A stretch of 64,000 nt of DNA, taken from NCBI RefSeq assembly GCF_032191835.1, contig NC_083230.1:47678001-47742000 (forward strand), read 5' to 3'. Position numbers and translations under genes: made by a program. The notes beneath the pieces were generated by a model that was given only the letters and a program-made list of their open reading frames with translations, searched no databases and was not told the origin of the DNA. This DNA is from Heteronotia binoei. Its lineage: Eukaryota. Positions 34,860-46,902 of this stretch are shown piece by piece (position 1 is the stretch's first letter; the number at the start of each line of letters is the position of its first letter).

Positions 34860-35063
34860 ATCTTCTCCCCCCACAACAGACACCCTGTGAGGTGGGTGGG
34901 GCTGAGAAGGTTCTCACAGCAGCTGCCCTTTCAAGGACAATTCCTGTGATAGCTATGGCTAACCCAAGGCCATTCCAGCAGCTGCAAGTGGAGGAGTGGG
35001 GAATCAAACCCGGTTCTCCCAGATAAGAGTCCGCACACTTAACCACTACACCAAACTGGCTCT
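34860..35063 (-). mobile_element. Squam3-like SINE, inverted relative to 34332-34553
   Basis: Reverse complement of the same family. Confidence 0.8.
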
Positions 35064-35587
35064 GAAGTCAATAGGCTAAGATGACAATAAGTCTGCTTAG
35101 GAATTACTAGGAAATAAACAGTAAAGCCACCTGAAAGTTATACAAACATTCCTCAAAGATTACTACAGGCAGTAGGCTCTTGAAAATATGGCACAAATGA
35201 CAGCCATAACTCAGTGGTTCCAAAATTCAGTCCCAAATAAATATGGTAGCATATTTCAAAGCTTATCTGCCTCCCACCATCATGCAAATTTTGGTTCAAG
35301 ACTTGCTCAAGCCTTTTGCTTATTAGATAAAATATGAATGAAAATATGAACATCTTATGTTTTAGACAAAAAGAATTTCTTCACAATTGGTGATTCTTTG
35401 GAGATAGTTCAAGATGGGTAGCTGTGTTTGTCTGTAATAGTAGAAAACAGCAAGATTCCAGTAGCATTTTAGACTATCAAAATTTTTGGTAGGATATGAG
35501 TTACGTGAATTACTGCTCATTTCTTCAGATACAGCTAGAATGTGAGTCCATCTGTCATATATATTGGAAAGTGGAATGATTTCAGAT

Positions 35588-36510
35588 GTCAAATAACATT
35601 AGCAGGCAAATGGCAATAGAAGGTGTGACTGGATTAGGTGTGATATGCAGAGAGGAAGTAGGCATGAAGAAATCAGCACTGGTAATGAGATAGGCAGCCT
35701 AAACTCAATTCAATCCAGGTGGATGCCTTGTCTTGAGCTTTGTTATCAGTTGCAGTTCAGCAGTCTCTCTTTCTAATCTCCTTGTGAAATTCCTTTGTAA
35801 AATAACTGCCACTTTTAGGTCAGCAAGTGAATATCCTGGAAGGTTAAAATGTCCCCCCATTGGATTTTGAATGTTATGGCTTCTGATGTCAGACTTATGG
35901 CCATTAATTTTTTGTCAAAGGGACTGACCTGTTTGTCCAATATAGAGGGTGGAAGGGCATTGCTGACACAGGATGGTGTTAATGCTGTTAGAGTATTAAC
36001 CTGAGATGGTATGGCTAATGTTGCTGAGTCCGCTGATGGAGTTGCTAGGATCTATACGAGAGCACCATCAGTGGACCCAACAACATCATATAGATCCTAG
36101 CAGCACCATCAGTGGACCCAACAACATCAGTCATCAGTGGATGCAGCAGCATCAAAAAACAGTGGGGGAACATTTTAACCTTCCAGGACATTGAGTTGCT
36201 GACCTAAAAGTAGCAGTTCTCTTACAAAGGAATTTCAAAGGGAGATTAGAAAGAGACTGTTGAATTGTAACTGATAACGCTCAAGACAATGCATTCACCT
36301 GGACTGAGTCAAGACCTAGGTTTCCTATCTCATTACCAATGCTGATTTCTCCATACCTACTATCCCTCTGCATATCACACCTAATCCAATCACACCTATT
36401 GACATTTGCCTGCTAATGTTAAGTGAGCAGTGACTCATGAAAGCTCATACCCTACCACAAATTTTGTTAGTCTTTAAGATAAGGTGCTACAGGACTCTTA
36501 TTCTTTTCTA
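35588..36510. mobile_element. Penelope-like element remnant with inverted GIY-YIG 3' ends
   Basis: The - strand encodes degenerate LYIGQTGQSL*QKINGHKSDIR..GHFNLPG. About 270-bp arms (35590-35860 and 36160-36420) are inverted, and a Penelope-type tail follows. Confidence 0.85.
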
Positions 36511-36564
36511 GTGATACTTTGGAGATGGTAATATTGGGAACTAACCTGAAATGAATGTTCCAGT

Positions 36565-37012
36565 CAGGCCTCGGATTCTGCAGAAGCTCATAGGAGCGCA
36601 GATCCTGAACCTTTCTGAACCTCCTCCTCCTCCTCACCTACCATTGAATATGTGCAGCTGCATAACAATCCCTGGATTGGCAAAGCAGGCAGCCATCCAT
36701 CCACCAGGGGCTTTGCCACACCCCCAGCAGCCATCATTACCCCTGGAGAAGCCCACTCCACCCTTGCTCCACTTCTTATGTGATTTTGGGAGGTGGGTTG
36801 CTTGCTGGCCTTCTGACTGCGGGTGTGTGGCCCAGGAGAGCCCCAGGAGAACGAAGCCTGCTTGGGCTAGCTGGATCTCTAGCCAGCCCAAGCAGGCCTC
36901 ACTCGCCCGAGGCTCTCCTTTCTTGAATTGAGTTCCTTTTGGCTGGGGGGGCATATGCTAATGAATTATGCTAATGAGCTCCACCACCTGTTTTTCTACA
37001 AAATAACCCCTG
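36565..37012. mobile_element. hAT-type non-autonomous element
   Basis: CAGG...CCTG ends and a perfect 8-bp TSD GTTCCAGT. Confidence 0.8.
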
Positions 37013-37097
37013 GTTCCAGTGTATTGTACTATCACTAATACAGCATAGAAAAAGTGACTTCCAGAGAAGTGTAGCAGTGGTCTTTGAAACAGTGACA

Positions 37098-37315
37098 GGG
37101 GAGGGACAGTGGCTCAGTGGTAGAGCATCTGCTTAGTAAACAGAAGGTCCCAGGTTCAATCCCCGGCATCTTCAGCTAAAAAGGGTCCAGGCAAATAGGC
37201 ATGAAAAAACCTCAACTTGAGACCCTGGAGAGCCGCTGCCAGTCTGAGTAGACAATACTGACTTTGATGGACCGAGGGTCTGATTCAGTATAAGGCAACT
37301 TCATATGTTCATATA
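37098..37315 (+). mobile_element. tRNA-derived SINE with CR1-type tail
   Basis: A box TGGCTCAGTGG, B box GGTTCAATCC, tail GATTCAGTATAAGGCAACTTCATATGTTC. A second copy lies at 44449. Confidence 0.85.
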
Positions 37316-37319
37316 TATG

Positions 37320-37805
37320 TAGGGTTGCCAAGTCCAATTCAAGAAATATCTGGGGACTTTGGGGTGGGGCCAGGAGACATTGGGGGCGGAGCCAGGAGCA
37401 CGGATGTGACAAGCAGAATTGAACTCCAAGGGAGTTCTGGCCATCACATTTAAAGGGTCAACACACCTTTTAAAATGCCTTCCTTCCATAGAAAATAATG
37501 AAGGATAGGGGCACCTTCTTTTGGGGCTCGTAGAATTGGACCCCCTGGTCCAATACTTTTGAAACTTGGGGGGTATTTTGGGAAGAGGCACTAGATGCTA
37601 TACTGAAAATTTGGCACATCTACCTCAAAAAACAGCCCCCCCTCAGAGCCCTCGATACCCGCGGATCAATTCCCCATCATTCCTTATGGGGATTGTTCAT
37701 GGAGGTGCATAATGGCTGTGGGGGTGGGGCTTCCCCCGCCGGCCAGCTGGCTGGGGGAGGGGGGAAGCCTGTAAAACCACTGGGACCTGGGGATTGGGAA
37801 GCCTA
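37320..37805. mobile_element. hAT-type non-autonomous element (TAGGGTTGCCA family) in a SINE tail
   Basis: Perfect 8-bp TSD TATATATG. Related fragments occur at about 1-183, 33140-33320, 47440-47545, 48025-48060 and 57750-57950. Confidence 0.8.
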
Positions 37806-38314
37806 TATATATGTGACATTGCTTACTTGTTTCACAATGTGTGCTTATTTCAAAGGCTGCTGGGAAGCATGAGATCTAGCTATATGGAAGAGACGATTAT
37901 ACCATATAAGTACTAAGAAGCAATCTTAGCTACTGCACAGCTGCCACACAGGTATAGAAATATATCATTTAACAGGAGATTTGAAAATGAAGCCTCCTAT
38001 AACATCTGATGGGAAGGGACAGGAGTCAGGAGAAGTGTCATTTATGGCTTAATTTTTACATTAACATCAAAAATCAATGATCTGTCCTCTGATGCACAGA
38101 AATTCACCAAGGGCACAAGTCTCACTTTCAGCATCATAACCTTTCATGAATGTCACTAACCTAACCTAATAAATGTCATGCAGCAAGAAGTGTAAATATG
38201 AAATATCTCCAGAGTTAGAAGACAAGTTGCCAGTTAGTATTTTGAGCCCATAAGGTATACTCTTAACAAAGAACTCTGCTGGCATTGCAAATAGGTATTT
38301 GGTAAAGAACTTAC

Positions 38315-38471
38315 CCGCTTGTTGCAGTTTTGTCCCATTCATCATCACTTAGCCCTGTATCATGGAAGGGGTTTGTTCTGGGTCTATTTGGAGGAGACAA
38401 ACTGCCCCTTTGTTTTGGATTTCTCCATTCAAAAGTATTGAAGCTGTATCCTGAAGCCTGATAACTAGGAC
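38315..38471 (-). CDS. GRIP1: GRIP1 exon (PSYQASGYSFNTFEWRNPKQRGSLSP...DEWDKTATS)
   Basis: TTTTAG acceptor and GG|GTAAGT donor, 157 nt, phase 1-2. Confidence 0.93.
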
Positions 38472-41400
38472 CTAAAATATTAATTATGTATTTATCAATG
38501 CTATTTTTTTAAAAAAAAATCAATATTGTGCTTCCAATGTGCTTTACTCTTCATATTTGTTTTGTTTCAAAAACTAGGTAAAACCACAGTTATTCCCATT
38601 TTACAGATATATCAAAAGCTGTGAGAATTGCCCAAAGCTATTAACAAGTCTGTGCTATGATCTGACTCTGAAGCAATGCTTTGAACCTAAAGTGCAATCT
38701 TACCACATTGGTATTGTGTCTTAAAAGTAAAGTTCATTTTTTATACCCAAGTGGTGAAAATTCTCATTGGCACCTTGCATACATGATCAGGCAATTAATA
38801 TTCTTAGTTGTGCTTTCAAATTAATTGTGCAAGCAATTAGATTCATTATAATTAATTAAAATTTTCATGTATCATCTGTGTGCAACAAAATGTATTCTGC
38901 TCCACACCCATTCTACTTGCTGTTCTGGTCTTAAAGATTTAGGATGCTGCAAAGTGAACAGGAGAAGGGCCAAGATTCAAACAATCTCTCACAGATCAAT
39001 TCACAGAATTCAGACTTGAACATGCCCAAGGACATCACAGAAAGGACAAAGATACTGATATAATCTATGCAACAATGCAAACCACATATTTCAGTGGGAG
39101 GCGAAGTCCCCAGGTTCACTGATCATCTGATCTTGGGAAAATTCCTTCCTCCAATTAAATATGGTCATGAGAGTGCAAAGAACCTCTCTGCCAACAGTGC
39201 AAGAGTAACACTCTTCTAAGCCCATTGGCATCAATGACTACAGAGGGATGTAACTCTGCTTAAGAAAATGGAACTGCATTCATCACCACCTGGTTTGTTC
39301 CTGGGCTGAAAGGTAGAACAATTAAAGAAGAATGGGCAACAACATAAGACCAATGAATGAAAGCCTGTGGGCAAAAACACTTTGAACCACACTACATTTT
39401 GTCATGTGGAATCTTAGATTATTCTGCCAAACATTTTTTGTAGCTAAAAGTAGCCATAGGGCCAGCAAAATTTGTTCAGCATGAAACCTGTTCCTGCATG
39501 CCATTTTCTTGCTATTTCCCCTCAAGCTGCTAGTTGATTTGCGATGAAAAAAATACCAGCATAACACAGGTGCCTGTACGTTTCTTCTTCACAGAACTCG
39601 TAACCTCTTGAAGGTGCCTGTGTGTGTTTCTGTGCAATTTAGATAAGGAAAATGGTGTGGCTGCTAACAGGCCTGGTTCAAGGGTTTTTGGTCCTGTAGA
39701 CAAATAGGTTTGGCCAGCCTTCTGCACTGTGGGAAAGCCACCCCCACTCTGGCCACCCTTCACTGTGTCTAGGGCTTGCCATGCCATCCCTGCCACTGAT
39801 CCTAGACCTGGAATTGGGGGAAAGTCCCACCAACTGACAGACTACCTCTTGTGGTGTGGTGCAGCTGTATTCAGGGCTACTGCTTGCTGCAATGCCGCAA
39901 TGCCAGGCCTTCAGGACCTGGTGATGAAGGAAGTCTTGTCTGCCACTCAAGTTCCTTGGTGTGTGCCACTCACCACAGCTGATCTTGCAGTACTTCAGGA
40001 AAACTGACTTGGTGCTCCTCCAGGTCTGGGAGAGACAGGTACCTAGTCGGTTGCCTAGGTCAGCTGAGTGGATGGGCTGGCATTGGCTATTAAAATGCAT
40101 CCTCAATCAAGTTAGCAGGACTCCCCCGCCCACATTTATTTTTGCTGTCAAGTCACAGCTGACTTATAGCAACCACATAGGGTTTTCAAGGCAAGGGACA
40201 TTCAGAGGTGGTTTGCCATTGCCTGTCTGCACATCAGGACCCTGGTATTCCTTGGAGTTTTCCCATCCAAATTTGAGCCAGGGCCTGCTTAGCTTCTGAG
40301 ATCTGATGAAATTAGGCCAGTCTTGTCTATCCATGTTAGGAGGGCCCCTTCCACATACTCAGCCTTAGTCATTTGAAATCAGAAGATCTTCTGAAATAAT
40401 ATATAGGCCGGTTCTAACATGTAGTATATTAACCGTATCCATTACATGCTGCCCCATAAATGACAGAGCCCCCAAACTGTATGCCATTTCTTCTTTGTCT
40501 TCAAGATGTAGCAAGACTCATTCATTAACTGTAGTTACTTTTTTCGTACCTGTTATAGCTTAAATTCCTGAAAATGAGTGACCACAACTGGACTCAGGTG
40601 TGATATCAACAACATGGTTACTTCCTTATTCCTGTTAGAAATGGCTTGTTTATTCACATTCAGTTATTGTGTTTTTTCCTTAACATGGCATGACTATCTC
40701 ATAAGTATTTTACAGTTAATCTGTATTCTAAGATCCCATCTCTGTTATGTTTCTTTCTCTCTCTACCAGATGATGAGTCCCCAGGGGATAAGTAAAGGCT
40801 TATGACTGTTCCCCTCTGCCAGATGTGTGACCTTATACTTGAACTACTGAACTTCCCATTTCTATTATTCTGACCTGTGCAGTGCAGTTCTACAAAGTCA
40901 TAATAAAATCAACTGCCATTCATGATGGGTGGCTGAACATTCCTTGATATCTTACATGTTAGACCAATTTTCATTTTAGAAAAATATTCACAGTTCAATA
41001 TTTAATTTAGTTTTTCAGATATGTGAACAAAAAGGTCTGCAGGGAGCCATGTATGATTGATGTGCAGTTTACTGTCAAACTAAATGATAGCTTCATGCTG
41101 AGACTTGCCTTCACCAGAAGGGACAAAGGATGACAGCTGATTTCTGGTATACAAGCAAACTAAACTAAATCATGCCCTTCAACATTAAAAATCCAACATT
41201 TGTAGAATACAAATTCCAACCCACAAAGGTGCTTCAAAAGTAAGATTAATCAGATCTAGCAACAATAAAATCCCTTTCCATATTTAAATACTCAGTGATC
41301 AGACCTGAAACAGTACATCTAGCAAAAAGAGTCAGAGTAACTGGCCTTCTTATCATATTAAAATTATTTAAGAAACAAACCAGTAATCAATTTTGGTATC

Positions 41401-43085
41401 ATTTATTAAACTGATAGGACAGAATGAATATTGTGAAAGAAATAATTAGAATTGTTCCTGTGAACTACATAATAAATTACACATCATCACTGAAAGTGAT
41501 GAGTGCTTCTCTACCTTGATCTCAATAATAAGCATTTTATTTTTAATACCAAAAAAATATTGTCCACCAGTTTTTTGTATAAGCTTACTATGGTATAAGT
41601 TTACTGTGGGAAGAAGTAGGGTTTTTTTCTGAACTGAATCTACTAACAATCACTTGCATTGGATGACAACAAGACCCACTGTTATGACACAGAAAAACAA
41701 CAAAAGATATCTGTATCCACTCTCTCTACTGTATTCTCAGCTGTATAAACCACTTCCAGGTCTTTCCTTAGTGACTTTCCCCCAGATGCTAAGAAGGTCT
41801 AACACTTTAGTCTTTCTTTGCAGTGATAGTTCCTGAAACACTTAATCATTGAGTTGGCCTCTTTTGTATATTTTCCAGTGCTATGGCATTCTTTCTGAGT
41901 TGGATTGACCAGAGCCAAACTCAGATTTATATAAAGGCATCACTGTATATGTAATGAAATTTTTTTGCCTCAATATACATAATTTTGCACTTATTTATCC
42001 TGAATCTCATTTGCCATTTTATTGACCTTGTTTTGACTATTTCATCTGGACCTCTTTACATCAAACTGTACATGCTTTCAAAATCATTTGGTGAAACAGA
42101 AAGGTGAGCTGGCCTCTACACAGATAATGCTGTAATTCTCATGAATATGTGGCTGGAAAACATGCTCTTCTGATCAGAAAAACTATGGCTATATCTACAT
42201 CTGAGTTCTCAGTATCTGTCAGAAAAGACAGAAATGGGTTGCAATAGCTTTTACAGAGGGGAAAGTAACCATGTGACCAGGCCGTAAAGCATAGTACAAA
42301 GCCCTAAGAAAGACAATATTGTCCACTAAAACTCTATAATCTATTTAAATGTTGTCAGGAAAACCAATAGCTTGATACCTTAATGCAGCAGAAACAAAAT
42401 TGCTTGGTTCTTTTTCCAATCCCATATGGAATTTTAATAATCTACATTTCTACAGCTCATCATCATTCTGTGATATAAAGGGAAATGCTTAAATACTAAA
42501 AAGTAACCATGAAATTTTGTAGGCATAAAATTGTTATTTTTATTTCAAAACCTTTCCTCAAGCCAGTTATTATTCTGAAAGCTCCCTGACATCTTAAGGT
42601 CAGGAGAAGGAGGAGAAACAAAAGGCAACAAATCACTGAAAGATCCTTTTGTGCTCCCCTTTGGTGGTATACAATAAATCTTGACTACAGTCAACTTAAA
42701 AATCACAATGCATGGGACTTGGATGTTCATATTAATGAACACCTTCAATGTATTCTGCATCTTTTTAAAATCTAAGCTTAAACCTATTTACCCGTGGATG
42801 AGCTATAGATTGGCCATTCAGACATCAGTAAAACCAGAAGAAGGTTGTTAGCTATATTGATATATGTTTTATAACCTGTCACAGTGTCATGAAAGAGTAA
42901 AACCAAGGTTAGGTGAAAGCAAGAGGTAGCACAATGCACTAAGGTGTGCAATCTTAATGAGGCACAACCATCCAGCAAACTATAAAGCCAAAAGGTGAGA
43001 CTGCCTCTTAAGCAGGGTAAAGTCACCTTAAAATTCTTGCCACTGTAAACTGCAGGAAGTGAATTTACTGAAATTCATGACCCAC

Positions 43086-43271
43086 CTTGGCTTCCGTAGC
43101 TATTGTCTATACCAGAGCCATCCCATGACTCTACAGCACTGTCCACACTTGGAACAGTGGTGGAGTATATTTCTGAAAGTTTCCCTGGTTTTTGTGTGGT
43201 CGCTGCATTTTCTTCCATATCAGTTGATTCATTTAGATGACCAGAAGCAGGGAACTTCTTTGGGCTTGTTG
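43086..43271 (-). CDS. GRIP1: GRIP1 exon (ATSPKKFP...[24 protein letters not shown])
   Basis: CCAG acceptor and G|GTGGG donor, 186 nt, phase 1-1. Confidence 0.93.
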
Positions 43272-43781
43272 CTGGTCAGAATTAAGGACATGAAGAAATG
43301 ATAAGAAGTCTGCTATGAATGACAGGACATTTTGCCAATAAGAAGTCTATATAAACAGACTGTATACAGATTATTTCTATGATGAAATCGAAGTGATGCC
43401 TCATTAACTACTACCATGGCTATAGAATGAATGTATCTGACGAAGTGAGCATGCACATAAAAGCTTATGCCCAGACTTAAACTTTGCTGGTCCTTAAAGG
43501 TGCCACTAGTCTCAAACTTTGTTCTATTGCTTCAGACCAACATAGATACCCACCTCCATCTACCACTATGGCAGTAAGCCTGAGACAATATTAGTAGCTT
43601 GATAACCACAGAGAAGAAGCTTTTTTCTATCTCCCTAAATATGACTGCTTATTCCATATCAGTCAATGAAGTGATACTAGATCAAGCAGAAACAATGACA
43701 CCAAAACATGCACATGTGTATTGCAATCACAGTGGTTACCTTTGTAAAGGCCAGTTCAATCAGATACCATGGCCAAACATA

Positions 43782-43879
43782 GGGTGCGTTCACAATACAC
43801 TAAATGAGTTTTGCAACTGGATTTTTACTGCAAAAATCCAGTTGCAAAATTAATTATTTAGTGTAGTGTGAATACACCC
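43782..43879. mobile_element. Short palindromic MITE, PIF/Harbinger-like
   Basis: GGGTGCGTTCAC...GTGAATACACCC with a 3-bp ATA duplication. Confidence 0.7.
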
Positions 43880-43893
43880 ATAATAGACTCTAT

Positions 43894-44179
43894 GGTCGTT
43901 TTCGCACTCACCTTAATCAGCAGCGACGACCCTCTTCACCGCGCAGGATCTGCGCGGATTTCGCACTAATTGCCGCGGAGCACCCAGAAGAGCCGGAAAG
44001 TCCCGGCGCTTTTGCGGCGCAAACGGAAACCGCCAAAAACCAGTTTCCGTTTGCGCCGCAAAAGCGCCGGGACTTTCCGGCTCTTCTGGGTGCTCCGCGG
44101 CAATTAGTGCGAAATCCACGCAGATCCTGCGCGGTGAAGAGGGTCGTCGCTGCTGATTAAGGTGAGTGCGAAAACGACC
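43894..44179. mobile_element. 286-bp fold-back MITE, PIF/Harbinger-like
   Basis: 137-bp arms with one mismatch, a 12-nt loop and a 3-bp TAT duplication. Confidence 0.85.
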
Positions 44180-44448
44180 TATGTGCCACAGGTCTACAAT
44201 AGTACCTCTTCAGAAAAGCAATTTTCTATGTGGCTCTTTCACACATATTGTCTCTCAAAGCCCCCACCGCACCCTGTCAGCTGCCTTGGAAAAGGCATTT
44301 CTTTCTTTAAATCATATCTTTAAGCCAAGCCAGCCATGACTTGGAGAATGCATCTAAAGTTAAAGTTGCTTTCTTTCCATCTCTCTCTCCCCCTCCATCT
44401 TCCTTCCTTCATGTCTTACAGCTCTCAAACATCTAACATTTCATTTCA

Positions 44449-44670
44449 GGGGAGGGACGGTGGCTCAGTGGTAGAGCATCTGCTTGGGAAGCAGAAGGTC
44501 CCAGGTTCAATCCCTGGCATCTCCAAAAAAGGGTCCAGGCAAATAGGTGTGAAAAACCTCAGCTTGAGACTCTGGAGAGCCGCTGCCAGTCTGAGAAGAC
44601 AATACTGACTTTGATGGACTAAGGGTCTGATTCAGTATAAGGCAGCTTCATATGTTCTTCATATGTTCAT
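44449..44670 (+). mobile_element. tRNA-derived SINE with CR1-type tail
   Basis: Close paralogue of 37098-37315. Confidence 0.85.
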
Positions 44671-45894
44671 GTGGCTCTCACATTAAGCAAGTTTGGCCAC
44701 CCCCCCCGGTTTATAGAGAGGCACAAATGATTCCCTTTAAAGTAATGAATACACCTAGATTCACAGTTTTGGATATGTTTAGATAAATTATTAACTAATA
44801 GAATCTCAGTTATACTACCAAGATAGCTGGTAGATTCTGTGCACAGGCAATCAAATTTCAATACATTTCAGTCCTGCCCTTTTGAGCTCTTGACTTAGAT
44901 TTCATTACAAGGTCTACTAAATAGTTCTTGATTTTTAGATTACGTCACATTTTAAATATGGTTATCTAAGATGCTATATGATTTTGTATTTTATTCTCCC
45001 TCCACTATGTAAGTTTATATAGATTTTTGCTAAATTTTATGTTTTTATTTTAACTGGAGTTTAATGTTTTTGCCAGTTGGATCTGGCTGCTGACTGTAAC
45101 AATAAGAATAAAACTGAAGTAACATGTTTAAGTAACATCAGCCTTACAAAATATCTGTGATTGCTTAAATATAGTGTGTGTACATGCAGTATAATATCAT
45201 GGAATTAGATGGCACCCCTACAGGCTCATGTAGATCAATTTTCTTCTCTAATGAGGGATGTTCTGTGCCCAAAGCATGTCTATCAGATGCCTGTTGATTT
45301 ATCTATGAAAATCATCCAGAGGAGGAATTCTACAATCTTCCTCAGCATTTGTGCCACTGATAAACTGTTAAACCTATCCTACATAATTTAAGCCACTGGA
45401 CTTCAAAAGGTATAACTCTGCTTCAGATCCTTCTATCTTCACCAGATGTGGAAAATAACTGTATTTCTCCTTCTTGGTCATATATCTTAAAATACTGAGA
45501 TTCTCTATATTTTAATCTTTAAAAAAGATCTAGGACAAACATATGTTATTTTAGGCACCTTAATTCATGGAAACATAATAGTGAGGACAAACTGAAAATG
45601 ATCACCCTTCTTGAATCATGGCACTTAAAACTGATCACAGTAATCCAAGCAAGTAGTACTACTTTAATTTTCAGTATATAATACAGTTGTTAAAAATCTA
45701 AAATGGGATTAGCATTTCTGTGCAACTCTATCCCATAACTGCTGACTTTTCTGCGGGCTGTAGCACCTCGGGCTTCTAACTAGACAGCTCCCTTCTGACC
45801 TATACATATGCTTTACAGGCAGAATGTCCATCACATGTGTGTGTACAGACAGACACACACACACACACACAGTGTATATGGTGTTAAAATGCTA

Positions 45895-46074
<180 letters not shown>

Positions 46075-46099
46075 TTAAATAAAAAAATGAAAAGTCCAA

Positions 46100-46737
46100 T
46101 AAAAACGAATGTTACCAGGTCTGGATGGCATACATTCAAGAGTTCTGAAAGAACTCAAAGTTGAACTTGTGGATCTTCTGACAAAAATATATAATCTTTC
46201 ATTGAAATCTGCCTCCGTTCCTGAGGACTGGAAGGTAGAAAATGTCACCCCCATCTTTAAAAAGAGTTCCAGAGGAGATCCAGGAAATTACAGGCCAGTC
46301 AGTCTGACTTCAATACCGGGAAAGTTGGTAGAAACCATTATCAAGGACAGAATGAGTAGGCACATTGATGAACACGAGTTATTGAGGAAGACTCAGCATG
46401 GGTTCTGTAAGGGAAGATTTTGCCTCACTAACCTGTTACATTTCTTTGAGGGGGTGAACAAACATGTGGACAAAGGAGACCTGATAGATATTGTTTACCT
46501 TGACTTCCAGAAAGCTTTTGATAAAGTTTCTCATCAAAGGCTCCTTAGTAAGCTCAAGAGTCATGGAGTAAAAGGACAGGTCCTCTTGTGGATCAAAAAC
46601 TGGCTAATTAATAGGAAGCAGAGAGTGAGTATAAATGGGCAGTCTTCACAGTGGAGGACGGTAAGCAGTGGAGTGCCACAGGGAGTTAGATAAAAATATG
46701 GAGCAGAGGTCCATCAGTAGCTATTAGCCACAGTGTG

Positions 46738-46814
<77 letters not shown>

Positions 46815-46902
46815 ATAAAAATAAATTTTTGGCCACTGTGTGACAGAATGTTGGACTGGATGGGCCATTGGCCTGATCCAACATGGCTTCTCTTATGTTC
46901 TT
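46100..46902 (+). mobile_element. CR1 LINE fragment, 5'-truncated and internally deleted
   Basis: RT segment PGLDGIH...NYRPVSLTS...DFQKAFDKV...GVPQG is joined at about 46683 directly to a CR1-type 3' tail ending CTTATGTTCTT, with a (TG)n(TA)n expansion. Confidence 0.92.
46735..46815. repeat. Compound (TG)n(TA)n microsatellite
   Basis: Directly visible, inside the CR1 tail. Confidence 0.95.

Noticed and set aside
37098-37175. tRNA-like sequences at 37098 and 44449
   Set aside because: They continue into a shared SINE body and CR1-type tail and lack a proper acceptor stem, so they are SINE heads, not tRNA genes.
39530-40110. GC-richer stretch with 88-142-aa ORFs as a possible extra GRIP1 exon
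   Set aside because: No phase 1-1 splice-site pair or recognisable homology was found. It may be an old repeat.
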